From Tubiluchus corallicola (lineage: Eukaryota > Animalia > Priapulida): a stretch of 64,000 bases of DNA. The position numbers and the translations under genes were made by a program. Location: contig JAQGDQ010002370.1 in assembly GCA_030141605.1 (NCBI GenBank), positions 782,327 through 846,326 of the forward strand, written 5' to 3'. The notes under the pieces were generated by a model that saw nothing but the letters and a program-made list of their open reading frames with translations, did not search any database and was not told the origin of the DNA. Shown here piece by piece: positions 20,361 through 35,042 of this stretch (positions are counted from its first letter, which is position 1; each line of letters begins with the position of its first letter).

Positions 20361-23300
20361 GGAAAAAGGGAAACATAGCTGGAATTACAATGAAAGGATT
20401 GAAATCGACGGAACAAGTTAAGTCTTTGAGAATCAAACTAAGATAAAAAATTTAAAATATATTCAATGGAATTTATTTTAATACTCTGCTAAGGTGTTTA
20501 TAGTTGTGGCACGTCTATATTCGCCTCTAGGGCAGTATAGTGAGTATACTATGGGCAAGAACTGAAGGGAACGGACAAACACAAAAACATGCAAATGAAA
20601 ATAGCAAACTGATAAGAGAAAGAGAAAAATGAAATGTTTAACTGTTTGATTGTGCTTTACTTGAATCACGTGTGACTGCGGCAGAATATAGATAAGGTAT
20701 AATCAGATTTCGTGATCCTACAGTCATCCTCCACGTCATTTCAAAAAATTCTGCAAGACTTTGGATCATCAGCGGAAGTATCTTTAAATTTTTCACGCTG
20801 GAGAGAATGTAGTAAGCAATATTGACGCAGAACCGAAGCAATAGATTTTCCTTGGGAACTTTTAGGCTGCAAACAACGATTCACTGAAAGTAATGATACG
20901 TGTATAATTTCATGATATATCACGGTAGCCATATTTAAGTTACAGATGAAAAGTGAAAAAGACCCGACCGCAAGGGCATTAAATCAAGACAAATGTTTTG
21001 TAGCCACATCTAGTTTCTTTGATGTACAAAAATTTTCTTCTGCAACAAACACTGTGACGCATTTAAAAATTTTTTAACTGCAGTCACAGCCCGTGCAGGA
21101 AGCTAGTTGAATTAAGTGTTGCTCCCTCGGTGATATAATAATTCCTCCTTATTTTCCTTATTTGCAGGAACAAGCTTATTTTTCTTGTTTAAAAACAGTA
21201 ATGCGATAAGTTTTCCGAAGTAATTTCTAAATATATCTTTCCAAAGTGCATAATTTTATCTTTAAGCAAAATCATTTGCGGGATATAATAATAGCCGAAT
21301 TTCTTCGAGTCACTTAAAGACTGAAACCGTGCGACCGAATTTTTATGATTGCTGTTGAACGTACTTCTTCAAAACGCTTGTTGTACATTTTAAACAAGAA
21401 GTAAAAAAGCTGCTATGGGTCTGTGAAGCCATGGGTACCTAGAAATTTTGGACGTATAAGTTAGTTTTTCAACATCTGTTTTCGCAAGTTTGTTGCCACG
21501 CAGAAAACGCTTGTAATTTTTGTAATTTGTGCAAAATCCTACTTGATTATAGTCTAAGGCTTATAAGCCTCGAGGTAATTTTTAGGCCAGAAGTCGAACC
21601 ACTGATCCACATATCCCTATAGCTAATCCATAAACCGCCATTTACACCATACACAAAGTCTAGGACCTACTTGGGCTAAATGACTCTAGGGTTGTTGTCC
21701 ACCCTTTTTTGCTATTTATAAGCAATAATCAAGAATTCAAATCACACAGCAAGTAGTTTGGTCAGTAGCAACACCTGACATACCTGCCTGTTCAAGTATT
21801 TTTCCTTGCGGACCAGAGAGCGGGCTATTTTTAAAACTCAACGATAACTAGCGCCTTACAGGTAGCGTGTAATGTAGACACAGGAATGGGATACATGGTT
21901 TTTTGCACAGTGACCGCTGTTTATTGTGTTTAAGAGATATGCTAGTTATTCCTTAGCGAAATCTGCCTGATATAGGTTTTCAAAGTGATCGTTGTTTACT
22001 TTTAAAATGGCATCTCCTCAAAAGAAGTACAAAGCTGTCTGCTCTGTGAATCTTTGCGATACATTATAGCACAACATATCCTGTAACATCAACGATCTAT
22101 AACTGTAAGCTAAGAAACTAAGCTGCATGCAGTTCTAGGTATATACAAGCCTGAAGTTTCTGGTGATAAGCGTGGAAATATTTGTTCAAGCTGAAATAAG
22201 CTTTTTAAGCACTTCTCTTCTAAAATTCTTTATGATACACACCATGTTGATGTCAAATTAGTTTTGTATGCATGTAACTGTTATGAGTATTTTATGCAAA
22301 TTTTCAACCATTCGAAACTGATTCATTTAAAGAGTTCTATGTATCAAGACATGCATAAAGACAGCGATCTACATAACTCTGATCCATCAATTGTCATAAA
22401 CTTGTATCTCTTCTTTCGCATTCTCTAAGGCAAGTATCGTAAATGGAAACACGACTGTCATTTCTTAATGGGATATGTAAGCCGCAATGCATGTATCATG
22501 AAGGCTGTCTAACAAATTTTCCTGAAACTTGTCAAAGACCATTATAGAAACAACCCAGTGAAATCTGAGTCAAGAGAATACGGAAATAGCCGAAAATGAC
22601 TTACCAATTATGGCGTAAGCTATTTAGTTTTTAAAAAACATTTCTCCACTCTCCTCAGGAGTAGGTATCCTTAGTGGTTTTTAAAATTAAAATTAAAACA
22701 CGATATTCAATACTAAAGAACGATACAAAATGCAATACACAAATTCAATACAAATATAATTGAAAAACAATATTGTCAAAACTGTATATGATATAGTTTA
22801 CAATTTTTTTTTAAAAATCCTTTTACTTCATTTGAATACGGCATGAAGGCAACATTCAAGAGAGCATGAAGCAATAGTTAAATACAATATGAAATATTTA
22901 AAGCGAAGAATACAGTAAATATGATCAGTGAAATTGTCTGAAAAATTTTGTTAAAACAGGACTTTAAGTTTTGAAATGTTTATTCGTGTACTGTACCGAC
23001 CAAATAACAAATCACCAAGCTAGTAAGTAAAAGTTGTCAGTTGTCGCCTCATGCTGTGCTACTGAGTGATATCTTCAAACTGTATTCTTTTGTAAAAAAA
23101 TTTGTAATGATAACTGTAGACTAGTATCATTATGTTAACACAACATCTGATTTTATTATTATATATTATATAATTATTATAATTTATATTATATCATTTA
23201 TTATTGTAATATTGTAAAATTATTATATATTATTATATTGCACTTTAGTCTCAATTTTAGATATTCACTGCCCTGGAAAAATGTTTGAAAAAAATTAATA

Positions 23301-23589
23301 TTTAATAAACAATGCCTGCGTTCATCAATAATTTAATGTTTATTTAATAGAAGAAACCATGCAGCTAAGTTCCGCAGTTAAGCTATGTAATGTTATTACC
23401 GGTCTCAATGGGGATTTTGAACAATGACAGTGAGCATCTTAATGGCTATGAAATCCTATGTTGCAAAAATGACTGGATCTCAAGAGTGGTCTTGAGCATT
23501 TCATTATGGATGCAAAGACCACTATGACGAGAAGAAGCTTCCGAAAGCCGCCAAAGCCGAAACTGCAAGTATATGAACACATCAAAGCA

Positions 23590-24300
23590 AGAAAACTTCC
23601 ACTGTTACGTGAAGTAATTCAACTTATGCAATTCATTTCACGATAGCAGGTTCCTTTTAAAAGAAGATACGTGAATTGGCAAAAGGCAAAAGGCTTATGC
23701 TAATTTTCTTTCTGAACTACAACTGAAGACCCGTCAAAATAACAAATGTTGGAAGGAATAATAGTTAAGCTTTTCCTGGATGACAAACGTGCTAGAACTT
23801 CTTACTTGAAGTTCCAGTAATATTGTAACGAACGGACAAAACTTACTTAGTTCATAAGAATGTTTATTAATATATTTACCTTTGGCAAAATAGTAAATTA
23901 ACGCTTGGACTGTAAAATAATTACAACCATGCGGTTGAGTGTAAACGAGAATCAATAAAAGTATATAGTATTGGCAACTCCATTGAACAACACTTTTTTG
24001 CAGGTATTTTGATGCTGATCCTTTGACATTACATAGTCTTGCGTTTACCTTCACTGTTTGGTATTTACTTCGTTTTTGTCTACATGTTTTTTTCAAATCT
24101 CGTAAATAATTAAGCGTTGTATGTGATGTCAAATAAAATAAGACTAGGAAGTAGGCACTATGTGTAACTTTCGAAAATTCATATCAGTAATGAACTTCAG
24201 TTCATTGACAACCCTTTTCTGGCATCCACCGTCTATATTGATGAATCTTTTTTACCACTTCGGACTTCCCTAATAGTTTGTAACTAACATTCTTATAACA
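23590..24300 (-). pseudogene. Possible hAT transposase relic
   Basis: IHQYRRWMPEKG is weakly like the hAT HxxVRWLSxG motif; downstream LNYLRD and TYL..EMNCI fragments are weakly like the hAT C-terminal region; heavily degraded. Confidence 0.3.
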
Positions 24301-26371
24301 TGTCAAGTTAGAAGATGCTCCATAACTGCTTGTTCCTTCTGTGCTTTTCTTGCTTCTTTTTGCTTGTCGAATAAGTATTGTCCGAAACGTTTTTCCGATA
24401 AGACAATTATTGTGTATGTACAAAGTTAAATTTAGATTTATTCTACTATAATTTCTTAAGGCTAAACCAGCCTGGTGCGTAAAATGCTAGGAACAGGTTT
24501 TTCCGCCGTAGAGGCTATCTTTATGTAGGTCCTCTAAAGTACTGTGCACAGCTTAACTAGATACTAATAATTATTATCGTAAAATTTGTGACGTCTAACC
24601 TTTGTTTCGTATTATTAATGTCATTCAGTATGTACGTCTAACCTTGTAACTTTATTGTAAATAAGTATTTGCATCATGATGTTTTAATCAATTACTTTAG
24701 TTTATCTCTAGCTAGGAACTACAGTAAAGATCAACAAATACTAATTTCTAATAATATGCTTTTCGAGAACTTCCTTTATACACAAAAAGCTTTAGTCTAA
24801 TCACATTAAAATCCCACATTTCGAGAGCAAACAAAGAAACGCAAGAAAAATAATTTTTAAGTTAACGACACTTGTATTTATAATTTTTGAGTTGCTTGTC
24901 ACAAAACCTTACAAGTCGCCTATTATTAGGCACCAACAACTTTAAACACAGTCTGCTTAGTTGAAATAGACTAAGAGTTAAGCAGCTATAAAAGATCAAA
25001 CTAGAGAGACACAAGGAATAACCAGAGCGGTGCATAGTACTTTCCTACTATACACTGCTCTGGGAAAACTTGTTAAGGGCGCCCCCATGTTATGGGAAAC
25101 TGAACAAGGAAATTGACTCTTATGACTTTTATACTTTTCTTGCATATAGTGGAGTTAACCATTATGTAAATAAAGGTACTCATAAGCTTCAAAAGAATTT
25201 CGATCCATCGCTGTAACAGTCCCTACACCTCAATTTGTGCATTCTTTCTTCATTCTGATTTTCTGATGCAGTAATTATAACGTTTTAAAATTTGTGCGAA
25301 GTAAATTACAAGCGAAATCCTAGCTAATCTAACGCATGGCATTTTATGAACTAATCAATCATTGCGACATAATTTTCTTAAAATTTGAATTTTCGGTTAA
25401 ATAACTTTACGCGGATGACTTGGGTAATTTTAACGCATGCGTAATCCTGTCTCTCATAATATGGTAACGCAGGATAAATTAATTCCGGAAAAGAAATAAA
25501 TACAAATGTACAGTTTCTAGTAGATTTTTTGATGTTTCGTGCATGCGCAATACTGTGTTGTGACACAGCAGTTTAACGGTTACAGTGATTCATAAATTGA
25601 TTTGGAAATTCCGTTATTAATGTAACACCAAAACTTGACACGTAAGTGAAGCACCTTTGCGACATCATAAATAATTATCGTAGTGCATTTAGTTAACAAC
25701 CCTATAATAGCAGTGTATATAGTTACATAATTGGTAACAAATGTGAAGGTACCTAACATTATAGCGATTGCAAATTTCCAGTATTCTATCTCATATCAGT
25801 GTATTTGTGACTTCAATTAGGGGTTCAAATTAGGGCAAGTGACATTATATACAAAAAATAGTCAATATCCATTTGCTACCAATAGCAGGATAGGAAAAAG
25901 CTCACTGACTGCATGTTAACTACCAAAAAGAGAAAACGTAACAAGACTGTCCCAGTCCTAGTTCATTTTAGTTTCAGTTTAAAATTTTAAGACCTGCAAT
26001 CAAATTAGGTATAATTCTAAATTAACACAAAAATACCAAAATCTGCGATAATAATGACCTGCTGAATATCTTTCAAAAGAACTCCAACTCGTTCTGAAAC
26101 ACTCAAAAATTTAAGCTTTTTATTGGATCGATGTTGTTTGATTAGGTTTAATTAAAATTCGCTTGACATTAATTTATGCAAATATATGCGTTCATTATTT
26201 AATATCAAAAATGCGTGTCATAAATTGCGCATAATTGATAACCCCATTTCTTTGTTATTAACTTCCTGCTAATTATTTTCAGTCGTACGCTGTTATATGA
26301 ACTCTATTCGTAATCAAGCGGATTTAGGCCTACAATAGTTTACGTTGGCTTATATTATAAACTATCTGAAC

Positions 26372-28021
26372 CCGGTCGCGCCACAAGGGAAAACATGTCA
26401 AAGGACCACAGGTCAAAGGTCCATTAGACAAAGGTTCACCGGTCATAGGATCAAAGTGGACAAAGGACCACCAGTTAAACAGCCTTCAGAAAAAGGAACA
26501 CTAGTCAATGTTTCAATTGAAAAGACAAAGGATCATTGGTCAAAGAACCACCAAATAAAAATTAGCAGATCACATAAATGTCAACCGAAAAACCATTTGA
26601 GATATAGATATACATTTTGCTTTGTGTTGAAATAATAATTATTTGCAGAGGTTAAACTCACCATCAGGATAAATAACGAAGTTCTGCATTATTTATTTCT
26701 CATGACTCACCTTCTACTCACGATGCCAAAAATGCTGGATTGAATAATTCAATTGTGCTACAATTAGAAAATAAATTATTATGTTTTAAAGAACGAAAAT
26801 TAACAAAAAACGAAAAACATAAGAAAATTAAATTTGTAGAGATTTCTAAAATGTATAAAAAGTTTAAGTTTAGCTTTATTATGTTTAATAAAACAGATTG
26901 GAGACAGTATTTTGTATTTACAAATTGACATTGGTTAGTTTTAATAAATGTTTAATAAAAAGCTATTTCTTGCTACAGTGCCTAACTTCACTAGACATTT
27001 AACTGGAAAATATTCATTTAAAAATAGTATGTGTTTTTGTGACTTGGAGCTGGGGTGTGTCTAAGCTAACAACGTTTACATTTCATGTATAACTCATAAC
27101 AACTAATTTCAGTTTTATTGTTAACTAATCTTTCTTTGCTAATAACTTCAGATAAAATGCAGCACTTCGCAGGAGCCAAGGGGTTATCGCAAGAAGAAAG
27201 AAGTCGGTAGTATACAGCAAAGTTTGTTTTTATAAGAATGGTACGCTTTCATGGAGTTTAGATTATAGATGGTACGCTTTCATCGATGATAGACACTAAT
27301 TAATATCAGGCAGAAGTAACATGCGCCATACCTTTCTTGCAATGATATACTTTTCTTGTAACGATCGTCAAACATTAAAACATTTCCCAGTGGCGACAAA
27401 TGAAATGACTTGACTGTCTTGTTTTTAGAAATCTGAAACGCGCGCAGCAATAATTATTCACGAGTGATAGTTTAAAAAAATAATCAAACCTGTGACAAGC
27501 TGGCGACGATAATTAGGCCACCACCTTCTGTTAAAAAACGATGTTTTCATATTAGAAACTCCAAAAAAATCTTCATCTTCAAGCCTACTTCATGAAAACA
27601 ACTTTGCGTTAACATTTTTAAAGCATATAGTTCTCTAACCTGTTGTCAGTCTTGTGAATTTCTTAGCTTTTTTATCTTTTAGTCTTGTGTTCAGCTGGGT
27701 GTTTTAACTTTTCTTACCATACCACGTACATTGTTAACGTACGAAATAAATTTTAAATGAAAATAAAACAAGATAAAAATATTTTATCAATCATTATTAT
27801 TATCGGCTAAAATTATCATCTACATTTTATTAAGTAAGACATTAACGTAAGTATATGTTGTAACTTCGTTCAAGCTGCTGTCAGCACAAACACTAGCGGT
27901 CCTCAGTCCATTTTCCTGACACGTTGACCTTTGACCATTTTTAAAATGCTGAAGCTGGGTCTTTAACTGGTTGTCCTTTAACTAGTGGTTCTTTGTCCAG
28001 TGGTCTTTTCACCATCAACCG
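26372..28021. mobile_element. Non-autonomous DNA element family B (inverted arrays of GGTCAAAGGACCA-type units)
   Basis: Left caaaggaccac/ggtcaaag units at 26372-26560; right tggtcttt/ctttgacc units at 27925-28021 ending ttttcaccatcaaccg. Confidence 0.6.
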
Positions 28022-29482
28022 TTATTTTGGACGCCACTTTGGCCTGAAATACTGGTCTTTATCTGGATAGTGTGGGACGTCAATATTCGAACTCGGGGCC
28101 TTCTAAAATTTTTAAAAACACATTTGACATTATATATAGCAGAATACCCTAAACGTGATATTTTGGACGACATTTTGGTCGCCATATGGAGGGACAACGA
28201 CCTAATTTTACGTTAACCTTGCCAGGACTGTGGTGATTCTTAGCGTACAGAATAAGGACACACAAACGCCCGCGCACACGCATTCATCTTCGATTCTCAT
28301 ATTTATATGTATATAGATTGACAGCTAGTGTTAACGCAATAATCAGTGTATTAGTGGACTTCTAATAGGTACATCTTCTGGAGATAAATTGAAATTGAAA
28401 GCGACGTCAATTAGAGTCAAGAACCTTATACTGTATATGCATAATTTTATTGAAGCTTTTCTCAGTCAATGTGATGTAAATCACCCACACACAAGCTGTT
28501 ACTTCGCTTGCTTACATTATTAGCAGCTTTATGCTTCAGCACACAAGAAGCTCTTGGTGGCTTCTTTATGTTCCTTATATTACGTTTTTTGTCTCAACGG
28601 ATGATGACTGTTATTACCATTATCCGACTCGTAGTAGCCATAGTTTTTCATCAATACAGAATAGCTGCACAATCAGAACGCCAGGGTTACATAATGTACC
28701 TAATTCTACAACATTTCATACTGCACGTACATCGCCTTTTTCTTTGTGTGTGAAACATAAATTATTTTATTCTTATCAAACTACGTCAGTAATTAAAAAT
28801 ATGTTAGGCTGTAATGTAAAAAATGCAAGTTACAACATGTGAAGCATGATAATTACATGTTAGTAATATATACTGAATTAAATATTGATGTTAAATTAGT
28901 AATAATAGTTACAATCATTTGATGAAAAAATATAATTTATACAGGTCTTAGACAGTTTGAAACAATGTAACATTTCGGTCGTGGCTTAGTCGAGAGGATC
29001 CGAAAAGAAATGTTGAAATGTTCAGCTGAATGGTCAAGTTATTTACGTTAAACCGGAAAATATTTTATTGTAATAGCTTGTTTAATTTTTTCCCAAGGTT
29101 CATTCCACTAACTATATATAAGAGACACTCGAGCAAGGAATGTTGTACAGTTTCTCTCGAAGACCCGAAAGTACAATTTGGCTTAACTACGCTCCCAGTT
29201 CTGATGCTGCATCGGTGACTGCTGAGTGCTGAGATCGTGATTTCATTGAGAAAAGCCGACTCATTAACTATTGTTTTGAAAACGAGTTAAGACAAGGTCG
29301 TTTTCTTAAAATTTATCTACATACAGTTACATATTTTTGGCAGATTCTAGAGGATTTACGATAACATTGCATAAATTTTGTATCAGATTATATACTTTCT
29401 AGCTGTCTTGCACTATGACTATTACAATGATTCTGCTTTAACATTGTTTGTGCAGAGTACTATGCAGTAAGCAAAATCGAAT

Positions 29483-30535
29483 GTACGTAAAAATGACACA
29501 AGAAAAGACGGCACAGGTAAAACTGGCACAGGAAAAATGGCACAAATGAAAAAGTAGGAAAAATGGCACATATGTTATTTTCATGCGATTGATTTCCATA
29601 CTAAAACTTCAATGTTCTCAGTAGGAAGCAGATCTCTGCCAAAGCAGAACAATCCTTATCTAATTAACCTGATTATTTTCATTCAAAAAATTTAACACAG
29701 AGATAAACAAGCAAACATACAAAAATGTACATAAATTGGTATTATATTGACTATCAAAAGACTCACAAAATATTTGTTCACTAAATGGATTTATAAAAAA
29801 ATAGTGCACGAATGTTCCACTTAGGGATTTTATCTACCTTTTCCTCCATTAATTATGGCGGCGGTAATAGACTGACAAATATATACTTACTAAGTCACCT
29901 TATAATGTTGACGCATTAATAAGCAAAGATTATAGACAGCGTTACACAGCTTACAAGCGAAATTTTCTCGAAGTGGAACCTTGAACTAACTCGTAGTTGT
30001 GTGTCCTCGTGGAACTAGTAAAAAACAAGTACTAAACACTCCCTCTGAGACCGTGAAGTGCTTCACGAAAGTTTTTTGTGCGTGCAGTTCGGTCAAGTTT
30101 TGCGAAAAAAGAACCGACAAAAAGATTCCCATTTTGGCACCCTACAACCTGCCTTTCTTCACAAAGTCTCTTGGAAATATGTTAGATAGTTTTTGCCATA
30201 ACAGCGAAAATACAGCCAAACAAACAAACAAGCTATGTTGAAGCATAACTTTCTTGGCAGATGTAAAAATATCTAAAATAATTATCCTCTACTGTAACCT
30301 TAACCCTAAGCATATCTTACTAAGTGACACATTTTTGTCTATGCCATTTTACCTGTTTCATTTTACTATGCCATTTTTTCTGTTCCATTTTTGCCTGTGC
30401 CATTTTACCTACTTTTCCATTTGTGACATTTTTCTTGCGCCATATAATTTTTCCTGTGCCATTTTTACCTATTTTTCAATTTGCGCCATGTTTACTTGGA
30501 CCATTTTTACCTTCATTCCGTTTTTGTACATGTCC
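29483..30535. mobile_element. Family A element, copy 2
   Basis: Same AAAATGGCACA inverted arrays; interior (gtaggaagcagat, tgcacgaatgttcc, taaacactccctctga, cccattttggcaccc) colinear with copy 1. Confidence 0.85.
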
Positions 30536-30949
30536 TAATAAGCCTGACAATTCATGTTAATAGACTGCCTAATAAGAGTTGATAGACTGAGTCATCATTT
30601 AATTTGAATTCAGAGCTTCGATTGGTTAGACTCTTGTCAATGATTAGATAATTGTACAGATGTTTGAAAATGATTTTTTGAAAACGAGATTCAGAAAAAT
30701 GTCCACTTTTCAGTGATTTATTAAGGATTATGACAAGTACTGGTTATTAAATTTGAAATTTTAATAAATGGGACTAAAATGCAATTAGATATCTTTTTCA
30801 ATGCAAAGTTGCTAAGACCATCAGGCCCTGCTGCTATGGCTGTCACGCTAGCTTTTGTAGTGGAGGTCAATTGCTGCTTGATTCTACATTTAATGTTGAC
30901 TGTTCCGAAAAGTAGCTGTTCAAGATATTGACGTCAATTGTAATTATAT

Positions 30950-31800
30950 TAATCCCTTCTAATAATGGCGGCACACTGGCGCGCATAAACTGATTTAGGT
31001 ATTTTCCACTCTGCTTTACTTGAGGTGTTCGGATAAGCGAGTTTTTTATACGTACTCGTTTCTCGCGATGTTATACAATTGTCTAGTTTCATCATTTGAT
31101 CTTTGCTTAAATTTATGCAATTTCCGATTTTTTACCCGGCGGAGTCTTGTACATTTGGAATTCTTACAAAGTTTGTCTCTATGGTTATATGCAATGATGA
31201 GATATGACTATCTAATAATGATTGCGACTTTTCACTAAAATGTGTGCATATGTGGTCTATGTCAGAAACTGAAATTATTTCATCCCAGTCAGTGTTTGTA
31301 ATTGCCTGGTTCAAGCTGGGCCAATGTGAAAATTCATATCTACATATTTTTCTTTGAAAATCACTTTCAACTGTAAGTTGCAGAAAATAGGGTAGTGGTC
31401 ACAATTACTGATAAGATTTGAAGTGTAACACTCAGTAAATAATTCCACGGAATCAGTAATGGTGTTATACGAGTGAGTTCATTTAACATTTGGCTAAAGT
31501 AGAAACACATTGATAAAGTTTGTTATCAACGCCGTCGTCTTTGTTGTTGAGTCAACGCTACATCTACTATTAAAATCACAACTAAGAATAAATACTTGTT
31601 TCTTTGAAAGCTTTGAAAGTGAGTTTACAATGTTATAGTAGCTTTTTTGTAGAGCATTACGACAGACAATGCACGCGTAATTATACTTATTAATTTTGCC
31701 CAAAGTATACGTTGTCATATCTAATATTATCGTTGCTACTGTCGCGATTAAAAAGATTCAACGTTCTCAACATTCTTTTTCCTTTGCCATTTTGAAAATT
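30950..31800 (-). pseudogene. Degraded LINE (CR1/L2-like) ORF2 N-terminal relic (APE endonuclease)
   Basis: ORF 31494..31718 has FILSCDFNSR (GDFN motif); ORF 31132..31314 has NTDWDEII..DIDHICTHF, typical of the post-APE region. Confidence 0.65.
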
Positions 31801-34413
31801 AACAGCATCAAAACATCAAATAAACACATAATCACGGCCGCCATCATATGAAAGACAGCGTCACCATCAATCAGCAGCAGCTGTTGAGATTCTATAGATG
31901 ATCACTATGTGTGAAATTTAAAATTACAGATTTTAAAGGATATTGGATTTGACACAAGTGTTTTAGTCAGCGATAAGTGTTTGCAACCAGCATAGCAATG
32001 GAAAAATCGTAGGTAGTAAGCTGTAATCTATTTCACGTTAGATCAAACTACAGTGCTTTTGGGAGAAGTTTGCATAGCTCTAATATAATAAAACCAGTAA
32101 TCTTCTTGCTGCATTGCAGCAGCTTTTACTGCAAAAACTTTCATAAATTCTACAGAACTTATAACTAGTAGCTCTCTACAGTACAATACATTATTTTGAA
32201 TATGACACAACATCTCGAATCTCTACTTTCCTGTTTATTCTTCAAAGTCTTTTAGCCTAACAAATGCAGAAGTAGCTGTTTTATCACTTTTTAATGCACT
32301 GGTTAAATTGTTTTTGGCTTAGTTAAACATGACAGTTTCGGCCATTTTTCGTTTTTGGAAAAAATATAAGCCTGTAAAACTTTAATATACCGAAATAAAC
32401 ACAACAACGGCAAAAATGAATCATTTCAGTGTGAAGAATCTGCTTTTCTAGAACAGTTGAAATAAACATGTCAAAAATTAACATTATACATGAATAAAAT
32501 CAACTGAAAATACACTCTCACCTTAAGAAGGCAAATACAGAGTGACAATAAAACTGCTTCAGTGGAAAAAATAAACTGGTTGGCTGAGCAAACCGTCTTA
32601 ACAGTGGTACCTTAGGTTTGATAATTAAACCGTGTCAGTGTGATACTAAAATTGATGAGTGAATTCCGTCAGAAACAAGGCAAATGGGTAACTCTGCGTA
32701 ATGAACTGGTCAACCCCTGGGTATAGCTGATGTAACAAAAATAAACAGAAATAAGTTAAACACATAGTTTGAATGTGAAAGAGTTGGCCAGGCAAGCAGA
32801 ATAAACCGTTTTAATGTTAACAAGCTAGCTATTCTTATATACTATCGATAGCCTTATGTTTAACATAGAAAATAAAAATGATTCTGTTTTCAAAATTTTG
32901 CTGTTATACTTACAGAATCTAACATCCAAAGCAAAAAACGTGCAACAAGTTTTGATATTTTCTCATTCTGGGATTTAGTTTAAATTTACTTCGGAATTAC
33001 ATCACATAAAGACATATGAAGAAGAATTTCTACTTTGCTTCTCTTAGTTAAACGTAATTTTTCCAAAAATAAATGACATTTTACCAACTGACTAATGGGC
33101 TTATTTAATATGGAGTGATCCAGAAATAGCTTGTAAATAAACTTGTTACCCTTCATCCTGGTAGTCTAAAGGTGTTTGCAAAAGAGATCCAGATCATCGT
33201 GTAAGCCGGTTTCTCCTATTTGCAACAGTTATGAATTTCCCTACAGGTCTGTTTTACAAATGCCTCTACCAGGCTAAGGAAGTTACAATGGAAAATAACG
33301 AGTTAGTTTGGAAGAACATTTTTTCTGGACGACCCTGTATTTAGCGCGCAATGCGGTATATAACATTTGATTTTGCTCGAAAGTAAAGGTCTTGTTCTTG
33401 GATCGAGCATATTTATCACGTGCATGCTACTAATTAAGACACCCATGCAGAGAACATGCACCTGCTACTAACAATTATAATCCGTCAAAAGGGACACGTA
33501 ATTCTCATAACGGCGCAGGAGTGATGTGTCACCATTATACATTGCAGGTAACGTTGTACGTTTTCTCAGGCACAGTTGTTTATAAACTAAACTTTAGACA
33601 AATGAAAATAAACATTCCGCTGAAATATTTTAGACAAGATTTAGAATTTGAAATGATTTTCCCCATTTACGTTGTTCTGAGCCAAAAAGAAGCAGAAAAT
33701 TGATATTTTTTGAAAGTCGAAGGGAAGATAAGAAGGGAGAGAGAGAGAGAGAGAGAGAGAAATAGAAAGAAAAAGAGATTGAGAGAGATTGGCGGAAAGG
33801 AAAGGGAAACGATGATTATTAAGCGATCATAATACATAAGAAAGAGAGTGGGTTAGAAAACGAGTTGAAAAAAGAGGCAGTAGAAAATACGTGGAATAGG
33901 AGCAAGAAGAAGAATATAAATGCGCTTTCCATTGGTATCTCATGGAAAGATGAGTCATAGTAACATCATACAAGCATTACTTACACGGCAGAGCAAACAC
34001 AAAGTCACCTTTAATATTTATTTTGTTGGAGCGCTGCAGTTCCTAATGCACAGTTTAGAAATTAATTTGTTTTTCTGAACTCAAAAATTATGGTCTCTCG
34101 TCTTGAATGATCAACAGTATAAAATCTATGCTTAGCATATACATGTGGAATTCTTTACCAGGACGTTGCTTTCCTGAAATCTATAACTTCCTTGATTCAA
34201 ACTGAACAGATATAATAAATAAACTTCGACGATCCAACGCATTACAATACAACTAATTTCAAATATATTACAATACATGGCAAATAGATCGAAGAAACTA
34301 CACAACAGAACCTGCACATAGGGTAGAATCGGCGTTCAACACAATAATAAAAAAACGGAACATCAGCAGAAATATTCTATCACTGCATAAAAGTCTATAA
34401 TACTACATAAAAA

Positions 34414-34728
34414 ACAGTATTTATGGCCTGGTGGTACTGAGAAATAAATAATACAGGACTTAGCTGTTTAACCACTGCAAATAATTATAAGTATCTTAGC
34501 ACAAAACAAAACTTATCTCAAATGGTTTTTCATTTGACATTTCCATGGTCTACTAATTTTTATTTGGTGGTACTTTGACCAGTGATCCTTTGTCTTTTCA
34601 GGTGAATCTTTGACCATTGGGCCTTAGTCTGGTGGTTCTTTGACTAGTGGTTCTTTATCCAAATGGTCATTTGACGGGTGGCCATTTGTCTGATGGTCCT
34701 TTGACTAGCGGTCTTTTCACCCACAACC
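34414..34728 (-). mobile_element. Family B element end, inverted relative to 26372-26737
   Basis: tatctcaaatggttttt..tttatttggtggtactttgaccagtgatcctttgtcttttca is the reverse complement of tgaaaagacaaaggatcattggtcaaagaaccaccaaataaa..aaaaaccatttgagata. Confidence 0.8.
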
Positions 34729-35042
34729 TGATACCGCGAGCGTACCGTCGATTAACAGAAAGTAGGAAGTTTCACAAAGCGCATTAGAAAAGCTCATTCG
34801 TACTTTACTACAAATTATTTTACAAGCAATATTTTTATTATGTTTACCTGCTTTGTTTTAATTAAAAATGGCTAATATTTAATAAATGGATTTTGCAGAT
34901 TTTTAATTAAAAAGACGACTGTTCCTTTCTACACTTGCTGTGCCTAAGTACTGCTTTATTTGTTTTTGTAATCATTTTCCTTTTTGACTCGTCGTTGAAG
35001 TGTGAACTCAGCACCAAGCAAAGACATGCAGCAAGAATCATT

